This document shows, one piece after another, positions 52,815 to 61,726 of a stretch of DNA of 64,000 nucleotides (within the stretch, counting starts at the first letter, position 1; each line of letters opens with the position of its first letter). The notes under the pieces were generated by a model that worked only from the letters and a program-made list of their open reading frames with translations, searched no databases and was not told the origin of the DNA. The stretch lies in contig CM082585.2 of assembly GCA_040954595.2 (NCBI GenBank), forward strand, positions 696,814-760,813, given 5' to 3'. A program made the position numbers and the translations under genes. This stretch comes from Balanoglossus misakiensis. Lineage: Eukaryota > Animalia > Hemichordata.

Positions 52815-52891
52815 ATATAATATTTAAAGCCTCATCACTCCGCTCAAGGATTATCCTATTGTTTAAGTATTGGGATCGGGATGTTCATTGT
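52815..52891 (-). repeat. Split direct repeat B1 (77 bp), directly abutting A2
   Basis: Matches 52485-52561. Confidence 0.95.
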
Positions 52892-53307
52892 TTTCATCTT
52901 TGCCGCGGTTATCTAACATTCCAATACTAACTTACATTCCACCCAATCCTCCAAATCTTCAAAAAGCTTTTCCCTTCACTCTCCCACAACTCATCCCCAA
53001 CCCTATACCTGATACTACACTTCCCAGCGCACCCCATACAGACACCCCAAACATACCAAATATATTATCATACATACAACCTTGAGTGCAGTTAATTCGT
53101 CAAAAATTATATTTTACTTCATTGTATAACCTATACCACTAGGGCTAATACTAAATTATTTTCCACACCAAACAACTTGTCTATACATGAGACACTCAAA
53201 TAGGTTATATTCACCTCTGTCAGTATTCTATATTTTGTATATCCTTTCTGTTTTAAAATGGGCGTAATGGTGTGTAGTGTTTTATCCCAAATCTGTTCTA
53301 TTCAATG

Positions 53308-54564
53308 CTAAAAAGCGACCGTAAACCCAGATAGCTGGTCCATGTCCTCGTAATCATTAGTTTCGGCGATGCAGTCTGTTACTTCTCTAATCTTTTCTGC
53401 CGTAGCTCCCGGGGATGACACAGACAGCAATTTGGTGTAATGGTTAGCCATAGTCTCTGTTCGCCATCCAACATGGTCCATCACTTGCTGAATACTAGCC
53501 CCAGCTAGAGACATGGTGATGGCACAGGCACTTCTAATACTATGTGGTGTCTCCCCTTCATCTATGTTGAGTTCTTGTAGGTATAACTTTAGTCGTTGAT
53601 AGACAACCTGCGAGGACAGTGATTTATTTTCCACATAGCCATCAGGGGTTGTTGGTCTAAAGAGGAAACCAGTACGCAGTGAGTAACCAAGGGTCTCCGC
53701 TAGCTGAACATATTGCTCGAGTGTATTAATTGGACACAGCCTTATATTCTGACATCTTTTAATTGCAAACATATTCGTTCCGGCTCCACGTAAAGTCTTG
53801 CCAAACGTATGATTAAAGATCATGCCCGAATTATCTGGGAAACGGAGCACTTCCTGAGTTTTAACTTGTCCAAGATCACCCGCCCTGTCACCTGAGAAGA
53901 ACAAAATCTTGAGAAAAGCAAGATCCCTCGCATACATATACAGGAGTATCGTTGATGGCGCTGTTACCATCTTATTTAAGATGTGGTTAAAAACCTTATC
54001 TAATTTAGGCCAAAATAATGGCTTGGGTTGTTTGGGCGTAATATTCGCCTTGGCTTGCTCCTCTGATACCTTTTTAATATAACGTTGTACCATTACGGAA
54101 TTTGCTGGATTTTGTGTGTGTTTACATTGATACTGACGTATAGCTTCATAATAAGCTGACAACTTTGAAACCATGTTCCGAATTGTACCCTCTCTCAAGC
54201 GCCTTGGGCAGTCACAAGGCATATGACCAAAACGACCTAAGTATTCGCAGTTAAATCGATGAACCTGCGTTCTCGCATCTTTGTCTTTGAAAACAAGAAA
54301 ACGAACTACCTCTTGCGGACCCGCTAATGTTACTGACGTCGATGTTGGTAAGTTTGCCAAAAACAGTTCGAATTGCTGGATTAAGCGATCTTTCTGAACT
54401 TCATACGCAGATTTTTGGCCCAATAAATCAGAGATACGTTGATCAATCTCATCTAGCTTTATGGAATCATCATCAACCTTAGGCCCTGGTGTCGGAATAG
54501 CTGATTGACATACGCCACATAACTTGAGATTGGGTACGTTCAAAGCACCACAAATCCAGCACAT
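53308..54564 (-). CDS. Tyrosine recombinase with N-terminal C4 zinc finger and ALOG domain
   Basis: CWIC...CGVC finger; ALOG signature TQVHRFNC...PCDCPRRLREGTIRNMVSKL...NPANSVMVQRYIKKVSEEQAKA; catalytic motifs GDRAGDL, GKT, HSIR, HVGW and NHYTK all intact; ATG directly follows a 3' splice site. Confidence 0.95.
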   Translation of the reverse strand: MCWICGALNVPNLKLCGVCQSAIPTPGPKVDDDSIKLDEIDQRISDLLGQKSAYEVQKDRLIQQFELFLANLPTSTSVTLAGPQEVVRFLVFKDKDARTQVHRFNCEYLGRFGHMPCDCPRRLREGTIRNMVSKLSAYYEAIRQYQCKHTQNPANSVMVQRYIKKVSEEQAKANITPKQPKPLFWPKLDKVFNHILNKMVTAPSTILLYMYARDLAFLKILFFSGDRAGDLGQVKTQEVLRFPDNSGMIFNHTFGKTLRGAGTNMFAIKRCQNIRLCPINTLEQYVQLAETLGYSLRTGFLFRPTTPDGYVENKSLSSQVVYQRLKLYLQELNIDEGETPHSIRSACAITMSLAGASIQQVMDHVGWRTETMANHYTKLLSVSSPGATAEKIREVTDCIAETNDYEDMDQLSGFTVAF

Positions 54565-54796
54565 CTGTTCACAAAAAATAACACACAAAAGATTAAGAAA
54601 GAATGTTTTATAACCTTTTCAGCATTTATTACATATCATCTTAGAAGTAGTTGCCAGTACATGCCGTGACATTATCCCTGCAGTACTAGTATAAAATTTA
54701 TACAACCAAAGATTATCATAATACAGACAGCTATAAGTAAAGTTTCAATCTGTTCACTATAATCCCTTATATGAAGGTTCGACAAATCGTAGTACA

Positions 54797-55474
54797 TTAT
54801 TTTGAATACTCAAATGAGATTACGTAGAGATCACATGGGAGTGGGTGGTCAACATATCCCCGCCGTGAGGGCGCTTTAATAACATTCCTTTCCCCTTTAT
54901 TAGCGATTTTTGTTACTTTCCTGGTTTCATGTCTAATCAATGGCCAGTATGATTTCAAAAAACGAAACCTAGGCACTAAGACTGTAGCATTGAGTTTACT
55001 TTCAATAATGTGCTTAATTACCGCTGGCACTAGTATGAATGGCGGGTATACATATATCCTTTCTTTAGCCTTAAAACTATGATGGAAGAAGTTAACTCCT
55101 TCACAACCCATCTGATAAAACCGGGATACATAGCGGGGCAACCGCCTATTTGAGTAACTCGCCATGCCATCTACGTGATGTGGACCAAAGGTTCTGTCGA
55201 GCCTGTTCCACATGTCATCTGACAACATCGCATCGGTAAGCGACGTATCTCTCGATTGAGCATCAGCCTCATTGTTTTGAGATGAAACATGCGTCATAGT
55301 AAGTCGCACGTTACACTCAAAGCACAGATTAAATATATTCTTTAAGATCTCATTGAGACCAAGTACACGGGCCCCTGGAACACCATTATGCCACGCTTGT
55401 ACGACTGGCAAGGCATCCACGTATGCATCTACTCTCGTGTCGCGAATATAATGTTTAATCGCAGTTAATGCCCT
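54797..55474 (-). CDS. Pol C-terminal part: RNase H second half plus Dam-like N6-adenine methyltransferase domain (frameshifted from RT)
   Basis: RALTAIKHYIRDTRVDAYVDALPVV...HVSSQNNEADAQSR (RNase H), then VDGMASYSNRRLPRYVSRF...YVYPPF (DIRS/PAT methylase-like domain). Confidence 0.9.
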   Translation of the reverse strand, partial: RALTAIKHYIRDTRVDAYVDALPVVQAWHNGVPGARVLGLNEILKNIFNLCFECNVRLTMTHVSSQNNEADAQSRDTSLTDAMLSDDMWNRLDRTFGPHHVDGMASYSNRRLPRYVSRFYQMGCEGVNFFHHSFKAKERIYVYPPFILVPAVIKHIIESKLNATVLVPRFRFLKSYWPLIRHETRKVTKIANKGERNVIKAPSRRGYVDHPLPCDLYVISFEYSK

Positions 55475-56624
55475 GAATCGCCTCTGCTTCTTTCCTAACT
55501 ATAGGCATACCCCTCCATTCTACCTCCCACATATCACCCACTTCTATTTTCCGATTACCTAAATATGTTACAGCACCCCACCGAAAGCTACTTGAATCGG
55601 TAAAGATTGTTACACCCACATGTTTTTCCGTAGCCCAAGTGAATTTCCCCGACTTCTCAATAATTTCCTTCCATTGCTCAATTTCCTCCTTAAGTAGGCC
55701 TCTGACAGGTACAAGATTTCTTGCGTGTCGTGAAAACTTACTAGACGCTATAGCCATCTGCCGTATGTATAGTCGGGCGCATGGTATAGCTAGGGCCAAA
55801 GAAATACATTTTCCCATAAGTTTTTGAATAGAGGGTAAGGGAACGGCCCGCCTCGCTAAAATCTGATCAACCAACGTGAGGAATTTAATTTTTTTTGCAT
55901 CAGGGATAGAAAAGGATTGAGACTCCGAATCCACCGTCAAGCCTAACATTATGAGAGATGTGGTAGGATACAACAAACTCTTCTCTAGTGCTAAGAAATA
56001 TCCCGACTCTATTGCTAGTTTGCAAAGTATATAGGCCGCAGCTTGGGCTCTTTTAAGTGGGTTCCATGCCTCAATTGCTACCGTGTGATCTTGCTGTGGT
56101 ATTAACCCCCCACCATGCCTATCATCTATATATTGAATACAGGGGACCCCAAGTAATCTCGCAAAGTTGGTAACACAGTATCCCAATGTATGGTATACAT
56201 ACGCCGACAGTTTCCACCCAAAGGGCAATGTGTTATTTATATACCATACTCCCGCCCATTGAAAACCTACATACGTTCTGTCACATTGATTAACCAAAAT
56301 ATGGTCGTACCCACTCTTGTCGTCACATTTAAAGTGGTAGTCGTTACGTTCTAAATATCGAGAAACTTCAATCAAAGTATCCAATTTGAAAGGTATATCT
56401 TTAATCCATAGATTGAGATATCGCATGTCTATGCACATTCTTGGCTTGGTAGGGGTAGCAGGGGTAGCAAAGATCTCTCCACGGGCAACAGACTGTACAC
56501 TCGGTAAACTACCACCATCATTGTCCCGTCGAGGGGCGCCCTCTATGGTCACCCAATTGTAGTGATTTCGTTTAACCACCGTCGGATCAACCGGATATTG
56601 TAACTCCCATTCTGGTACATCAAA
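55455..56624 (-). CDS. Pol: reverse transcriptase plus RNase H first half
   Basis: KPRMCIDMRYLN, CDDKSGYDHI, LPFGW, YIDD, LGLTVDS, FTDSSSFRWGA, KEAEAI; frame breaks at about 55475. Confidence 0.95.
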   Translation of the reverse strand, partial: FDVPEWELQYPVDPTVVKRNHYNWVTIEGAPRRDNDGGSLPSVQSVARGEIFATPATPTKPRMCIDMRYLNLWIKDIPFKLDTLIEVSRYLERNDYHFKCDDKSGYDHILVNQCDRTYVGFQWAGVWYINNTLPFGWKLSAYVYHTLGYCVTNFARLLGVPCIQYIDDRHGGGLIPQQDHTVAIEAWNPLKRAQAAAYILCKLAIESGYFLALEKSLLYPTTSLIMLGLTVDSESQSFSIPDAKKIKFLTLVDQILARRAVPLPSIQKLMGKCISLALAIPCARLYIRQMAIASSKFSRHARNLVPVRGLLKEEIEQWKEIIEKSGKFTWATEKHVGVTIFTDSSSFRWGAVTYLGNRKIEVGDMWEVEWRGMPIVRKEAEAIQGINCD

Positions 56625-56889
56625 CTGAAACAACAAACACGCACGACTAAATTATACTTATGCAAAACAAGTATCCCACAGAAGGCCCCCCAAGACAGGA
56701 CCATGCGAATGGCAGGTTGCAAAAAGCAAAGGGCTTAAGTGAGGCCCCCTGTCAAGGAAGTCTAAATGAGACACTAACACACTAAGCGTATACAGTTGAA
56801 AATTTTTTTTTTTTTTTGAAATTTTATTTACAATGGCATCTGCCAAGGGAAATTCTCAAAATACACAATCACATGTTCTCTAGTGAAAC

Positions 56890-57387
56890 TCATTGTTCAT
56901 TTTGTTTTCCTCTACACTCACGAGCAAAGTGGCCCGGCTTGCCACATGTATAACATTTAAGCTCTCTTTTGGGACGTCTAAAAGTAAAACCTGCCCTCTG
57001 GTTATATGGTTGAAAACGATAGTAGCTACGAGCCCCGAAGGAATTACTAGCATTACTATTGGCGAACTTGGCGACCTTGGCAGCGATTTCTTCCTCCTCT
57101 TTATTCCCAAGTAACAACACTATCAAACGGCCAGCATCGGGTCCAAAATCATTTGCTTCAAACTGAGCTAACACGGCCCTAAACCGTGCTAATTTAGGGT
57201 GGGCTACCCTAGTAGCTCTATCCACTAGTGTACGAAGTGCATTCGTTATTTGTAGCCGTGACGTATAAAAGGATGGTGCATGGGCTATCTCCATCAACTT
57301 TTGAAGAGCATCAGCCACGTTAGCCCCGCCAACAGCTTTCTCCATTTCTTCCACCTTCGTCACTAAGTCATTAAATTTTGATTGCAT
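56890..57387 (-). CDS. Gag-like protein with CCHC zinc knuckle (probable exon 2)
   Basis: CYTCGKPGHFAREC knuckle; ATG directly after ttttgtattttccag. Confidence 0.9.
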   Translation of the reverse strand: MQSKFNDLVTKVEEMEKAVGGANVADALQKLMEIAHAPSFYTSRLQITNALRTLVDRATRVAHPKLARFRAVLAQFEANDFGPDAGRLIVLLLGNKEEEEIAAKVAKFANSNASNSFGARSYYRFQPYNQRAGFTFRRPKRELKCYTCGKPGHFARECRGKQNEQ

Positions 57388-57477
57388 CTGGAAAATACAA
57401 AATACGCCATAATTCATCAATTGCAAGTCCAAATATTTACGACTAGCCTGCAATCACCAGCCACCGCAGTTTCACAA

Positions 57478-57985
57478 AATGTGGCACTTACTTTCATCTA
57501 TTGTGCCTGCAAAAATTGGCATTCATTGTTCATCGACTGTGCCCACAAAACTTGGCACTTTTCATCCACTGTGCCCGCAAAAATTGGCACTTACTTTTCA
57601 TCCACTGTGCCCACAAAATTGGCACTTACTTTTCATCCACTGTGCCCACAAAAATTGGCACTCACTTTTCATCCACTGTGCCCACAAAATTGGCACTAAC
57701 TTTTCATCCACTATGCCCACAAAAATTTGCACTTACTTTTCATCCACTATGCCCACAAAAATTGGCACTTACGTTTCATCCACTGTGCCCACAAAAATTG
57801 GCACTTACTTTTCATCCACTTTGCCCACAAAAAATTGGCACTTTTTATCCACTGTGCCCACAAAAATTGGCACTTACTTGTCCTCCACTGTGCCCACAAA
57901 ATTTGGCACTTTCATCAACTCTGCCCACAAAATTGGCATTACCATCAACTGTGTGCCCACGCAAAAAAAAATTGGCACTTTCATT
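57478..57985. repeat. ~37-bp minisatellite, about 13 copies, inside the retrotransposon's putative first intron
   Basis: Unit aaattggcacttacttttcatccactgtgcccaca; ggcac and gtgcc are complementary within each unit. Confidence 0.95.
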
Positions 57986-58423
57986 TTTTTTTTTTTTTTT
58001 TTAAAGCGGCGCTACAAAAATTTTAGCATAAAAAAGTTACTAACTAGGGCCCACAAAATTCACACATGGTAAGCCGTACAAAAGCTATTCACACGACTAT
58101 TCAACAAGAAAAGAACATTGAGCTGCGACTCCCTCCGTCAAAAAGAATAATTATAACAGTGTACTAAAAACAAAAAAAGGGGAATAAGAAATAAATGTCC
58201 AAAAAAAAAAAACACGAGCTTTCGCCCGGCCTAACGTATCAAATCCACCTATGAAACTATCCTGTCTAGGAAAAAATGGGACCACACCCTGCCACGAAAC
58301 AAGTACGTCGGACACAATCATGTGAAACGGTCATTGTGGCTGTGATGAAACACACTTGACACCTGCATTCTATGGCAAATATAACACCTGTAGAAAAAAC
58401 GGAAAATATACAACAATGTATAC

Positions 58424-58651
58424 CTGCTTTTCTTTATCCTCTGTCACTGTATCGTTCGCTGAGGCAGCTGCAGCTACTGCTGGTCCTGCAGGTTGCATGG
58501 GAACAGTACTCGTACGAGTTGTCTTTTGCGGTCCCTGGGTACGGCTTGTACTGGGAACGGGCTGACTATGCGCCTGTACGAAAGAAGCACTTGCATCGCT
58601 CACGGTACTTGTAGTTCTTGTAGTGCTAGTGGTTCGAGTTGCAGCTTCCAT
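58424..58651 (-). CDS. Putative leader exon of the retrotransposon (76-aa T/S/A/P-rich peptide)
   Basis: ATG at 58651 (MEAATRTT...EDKEKQ) ending in CAG|GTATAC, phase 0; composition turns T-rich immediately afterwards. Confidence 0.6.
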
Positions 58652-58660
58652 GCTCGCTCG

Positions 58661-58775
58661 TCGGTGCCTAGCCAAGGAATGACACTGTATCTTGTCTTCA
58701 CTTAGCTTTTATATACTTCATGAATATTAATGAGATATCGCGGATGTATTTCGCTCAGTAATGAGGCTTTGAATA
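58661..58775 (-). repeat. Split direct repeat A1 (115 bp), 5' terminus
   Basis: Identical to 52700-52814. Confidence 0.95.
58703..58715 (-). promoter_or_regulatory. Candidate TATA box in repeat A1
   Basis: Minus strand reads TATATAAAAG about 55 nt upstream of the leader ATG; also present in A2. Confidence 0.5.
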
Positions 58776-59552
58776 TCATGGACATTTGAAGGAAAATAAA
58801 AAAAAAGTGACACTTACATGTAGGCCTACTGCATTTGGCCTAAAAAATTTTCGCGTAAGCTTACCATGTGCACGCAAAACCCCAATAGCTGTAACCCTTC
58901 CCATAATACACTACGTAACACACCTGTAAAGTTTAATTTGATGCAAATTAATGTTTGAAATGAGCATATCACTCCGACACGTAAGTATGAACATTTAGAG
59001 TAACACCTGTCAAGCGTGGGCGATCTTGTAAGGCCCAGCAGGGCGGTCTCGAACTACCTGCCCACGACATGATTCATTTATAGGAAAAGGGGTGGCCAAC
59101 CAAATTTCACAGTCAGCAATGAAGAATAAGCCTCTTTTGATAAGCTTTTGTTCGTTCATTTTATTGAATCGTTGAGTAAAACGACGTCTTTGTGGTACAC
59201 GAAGCTCCAATGGTGACAATGTCTGTGGGGGATCGTGGTTTAAGTTAGAGAACCACCTCCCCCTCAGTGGTTCTTGGTTTCCAATCGCCTCGGGCCTGCG
59301 GCCCTCGGCAATTCGAAACCAAGAACCACCTCGGGGTCGGTGGTTCTCTATTACATAAATAGTCTAAAAGAAATTGTTAAGTAAACATAACCATACAATT
59401 AATGAGTGGAATTATCTAGCGACAACTGGCCTCAATTTTGAATTTCAAATATAACACCATTCTGCACCCAAGGAGACATCACATGATCTGATCCCCCTTG
59501 TTTAACTTTTAGTGGTGAGCTCTTCCAAGTATATCTTGTATTGCTTAGGGGA

Positions 59553-59800
59553 CTCTCTCTCTCTCTCCTTCCCTCCCTTCCACCCCTCCCCCTCCCTCTC
59601 TAGCTCTCTCTAGCTTTCTCTCCCTCCCTACCCCTCTCTACCCCTCCCTCTCCCTCTAGTTCTCTCTCCCCCTCTCCCTCACTACCACCCTCCCTCCCTC
59701 CCTCCCTGTCACTCTCCAGCTCTCTCTCCCTCCCCTCTCCCCCCTCTCACTCTCCCCTCCCAGCCTCTCCCTCCCGCTCTTTTGCACACACTCTCTCTTA
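59553..59800 (+). repeat. Polypyrimidine (C/T) low-complexity tract
   Basis: Almost exclusively C and T over about 250 bp. Confidence 0.9.
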
Positions 59801-59893
59801 GTATATATATTGGGAGGTGACTACAGCAGTACGAGAAAAGTAAAGACCTGATGCGAGTAAGGGAAGATTCTAGCTGATTTGAATCAGACTTAC

Positions 59894-60109
59894 CCTCAGC
59901 ACAAGCTGCTACTTCACACATTGACAGACTGACATCATCACATCTTGCATGATACAATGGGTAATTATTTTCAAAGAGGTTTAACCTCACACATTACCCA
60001 GTGGAGGCATCAGGTTCTGTGTCTGCCCATCGACCATCAAAGACACTACTTTTCCTGCCATCTGAATAATCATATTCCACACTGCCATCTCGATTGGGTC
60101 CACTAAATC
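59894..60109 (-). pseudogene. uif-like exon: C-type lectin C-terminal part with in-frame TAA
   Basis: ttttatag|GATTT...GAGG|gtaagt; GFSGPNRDGSVEYDYSDG...WADTEPDASTG*CVRL...CDDVSLSMCEVAACAE. Confidence 0.85.
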
Positions 60110-60558
60110 CTATAAAATGGAAATAAAGAAAGAAGATGCATACAGCAGTGTTTCATCCAGGATGGGGGGGGGGGGGGGGGATATGTCCCCCTTTGCATGA
60201 ATAGTTGCACTCTTGCAAGGAGGGGAATGAGTGACATCGCTGAGTCTGTAAGGGGCACCATTTCCCCCTTGACAAATTTCTAGGGGGGTGCCAACATGCT
60301 GACAGTTGGCGAATTCCCTCATCCCTCCATGTGGATGAAAAACTGCATACAGAGTCACTTAATAGCAATATTTTGTGAGGTTATTGAGATGTAAAAAATA
60401 GGCTTTTCAATTACCATCTTGAGACAATTATCATTCAAGTGTTACTATGCAGTGCTCACTTGTAAACTGTCAAATTCCAAAACCAGTTATTTTTTACACT
60501 TGATACACCCACAAATTATTTGGGAACACTGAGAAACACTGTTAAAAGACACACTCAC

Positions 60559-60673
60559 CAATCCAACCATGGTTCGCTGTTTCATTGGAAGTCTCTTCAA
60601 TCTGGTTTACAATCTCTGCTCCAGCATAACGATTTTCAGAATAACCCTCAATTACTGTCAAGTGCCCACCATA
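60559..60673 (-). pseudogene. uif-like exon: C-type lectin middle part, acceptor AG missing
   Basis: YGGHLTVIEGYSENRYAG...HGWI(G) with TTG|gtgagt donor; the upstream pyrimidine tract has no AG. Confidence 0.75.
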
Positions 60674-61412
60674 AAATATGAAAATAAACCAATTTATAAC
60701 ACATCAAACATGTTCCAAACTAATTTCGAAATTCCAGTCCGTGAATAATACATTTCCTCTTTGAAAACATTTAATATTGGTGAATAAGAGGTTCATAAAT
60801 GTATAACATTATATTTTTGTTTGTAAAGTCTATATTTTGTGTTACACCTTTCCAATAAGTGTGTGATTAGTGTAGATTTCGGCAGAATTTCTGGGAAAAA
60901 AGAATCTGTGAAAAATTCACCTGAATTTTGGGGAGAAAAAAATTTGCTGAACGTTTCCTTTGAATAAAAAAGTTCAGCTTATTTCTTTTAGAGAAAACAT
61001 GACAATTTCCAGGAAATGGCTGTTGTTGTTTTTTTTTGGTGTGAATAAACTTAAAAGACAAATTCTGATACAGTTGCATCAAGGTGATGGAAGAAAATCC
61101 CAGATTAACAGGATATTTGGAAAATTTATCCAGAATTTCAAAATTAGTTCGAAATGTGACATTGTGTTATCAATGATCTGTGTTGAGCAGTCGAACGATG
61201 AACGGGTAGTTGACAATTCCCACGAGCACACCCGTATCTTTCCTCGGTAGTTGCGCCGGGCCGGTCGGCAATGTAACAGAAAAAGTGGTACGATATGCCA
61301 GCTGAGCCGTCGCTAGTCTACAATTCCGAGTCTACAAGGCCGTCTCTAACTAAAAATTATAATAACTATCGAGGAACGTGACAATTATATCAGCGAATGT
61401 GGGGCTGGGGGT

Positions 61413-61726
61413 TGCTGCAGTTTGCAGCCCCTCCATCTCCCCTGGACGATTTTTGTTTTTGCGGGGCTGCAGGTCCCAGCTATTCTAAACCGCACAACGA
61501 GCGACCGGGATTTGGGCCCGGAGCGAATTTCTACACTCCAGACGTCTCCAGTCCACAATTTTCCACAATTTTTTCGCCAAATCGGTCCCGGAACCCATAC
61601 AGCGCTTACCTGGCAAAGGATGTCGCGGTATTTGTCGATTTTGCCTACGTTTTCGCCAGTTATTCAACTTCAATCGGCAAAACCAAAACTCGTTCAGGGG
61701 AGATGGAGGGGCTGCAAACTGCAGCA
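61413..61726. repeat. ~37-bp inverted repeat pair enclosing about 240 bp (probable TE-internal fold-back)
   Basis: gctgcagtttgcagcccctccatctcccctggacga versus tcgttcaggggagatggaggggctgcaaactgcagc. Confidence 0.75.

Larger units (their letters stand above)
52485..58775 (-). mobile_element. Tyrosine-recombinase retrotransposon (DIRS order, PAT-like, ALOG-domain YR) with split direct repeats, 6.3 kb
   Basis: Sense order A1 (58775-58661), gag, RT/RH/MT, YR, B1 (52891-52815), A2 (52814-52700), 138-bp unique segment, B2 (52561-52485); no clear target-site duplication. Confidence 0.95.
51583..59357. mobile_element. Putative Crypton-like non-autonomous element (~1.5 kb) interrupted by the YR retrotransposon
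   Basis: ttaaaccacgatc (51583-51595) is inverted at 59231-59243, followed immediately by a ~105-nt hairpin at 59246-59350 with loop cctcgggcctgcggccctcgg; same architecture as 49916-50573. Confidence 0.5.
43227..60673 (-). pseudogene. uif-like: Uninflatable-like gene (C-type lectin, CUB x3, Ca-binding EGF x2), fragmentary and probably a pseudogene
   Basis: Nine exons read by hand: 60673-60559, 60109-59894, 51000-50876, 49551-49350, 49056-48905, 46023-45839, 45185-45002, 44062-43934, 43412-43227. The domain order and the EGF insert GYLLYANNGTGGFYLPPGETG...NQSCV resemble Uif (recognised from memory, not by search). In-frame stops at 59994-59996 and 43974-43976. Confidence 0.8.

Noticed and set aside
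52740-52860. Hammerhead ribozyme in the terminal repeats
   Set aside because: No complete CUGAnGA/GAAA core with supporting stems in the right order; the hairpin is better explained as a recombinase site.
57382-58072. Plus-strand Cys/His-rich ORFs
   Set aside because: Translations of the 37-bp minisatellite.
58388-58423. 36-nt intron gtatac...ttttttctacag after the leader exon
   Set aside because: Shorter than usual spliceosomal introns and leads to a stop after five codons; cannot be excluded as a decoy acceptor.
52485-58775. Classification as DIRS1-type, Ngaro or LTR retrotransposon
   Set aside because: It has split direct repeats rather than long inverted terminal repeats or LTRs, a methylase-like domain, no hydrolase ORF after YR, and no DDE integrase or protease.
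51000-59890. LDLa exon expected between the lectin and CUB1 exons
   Set aside because: Searched by eye on the minus strand; no CDG...DC.D.SDE pattern found.
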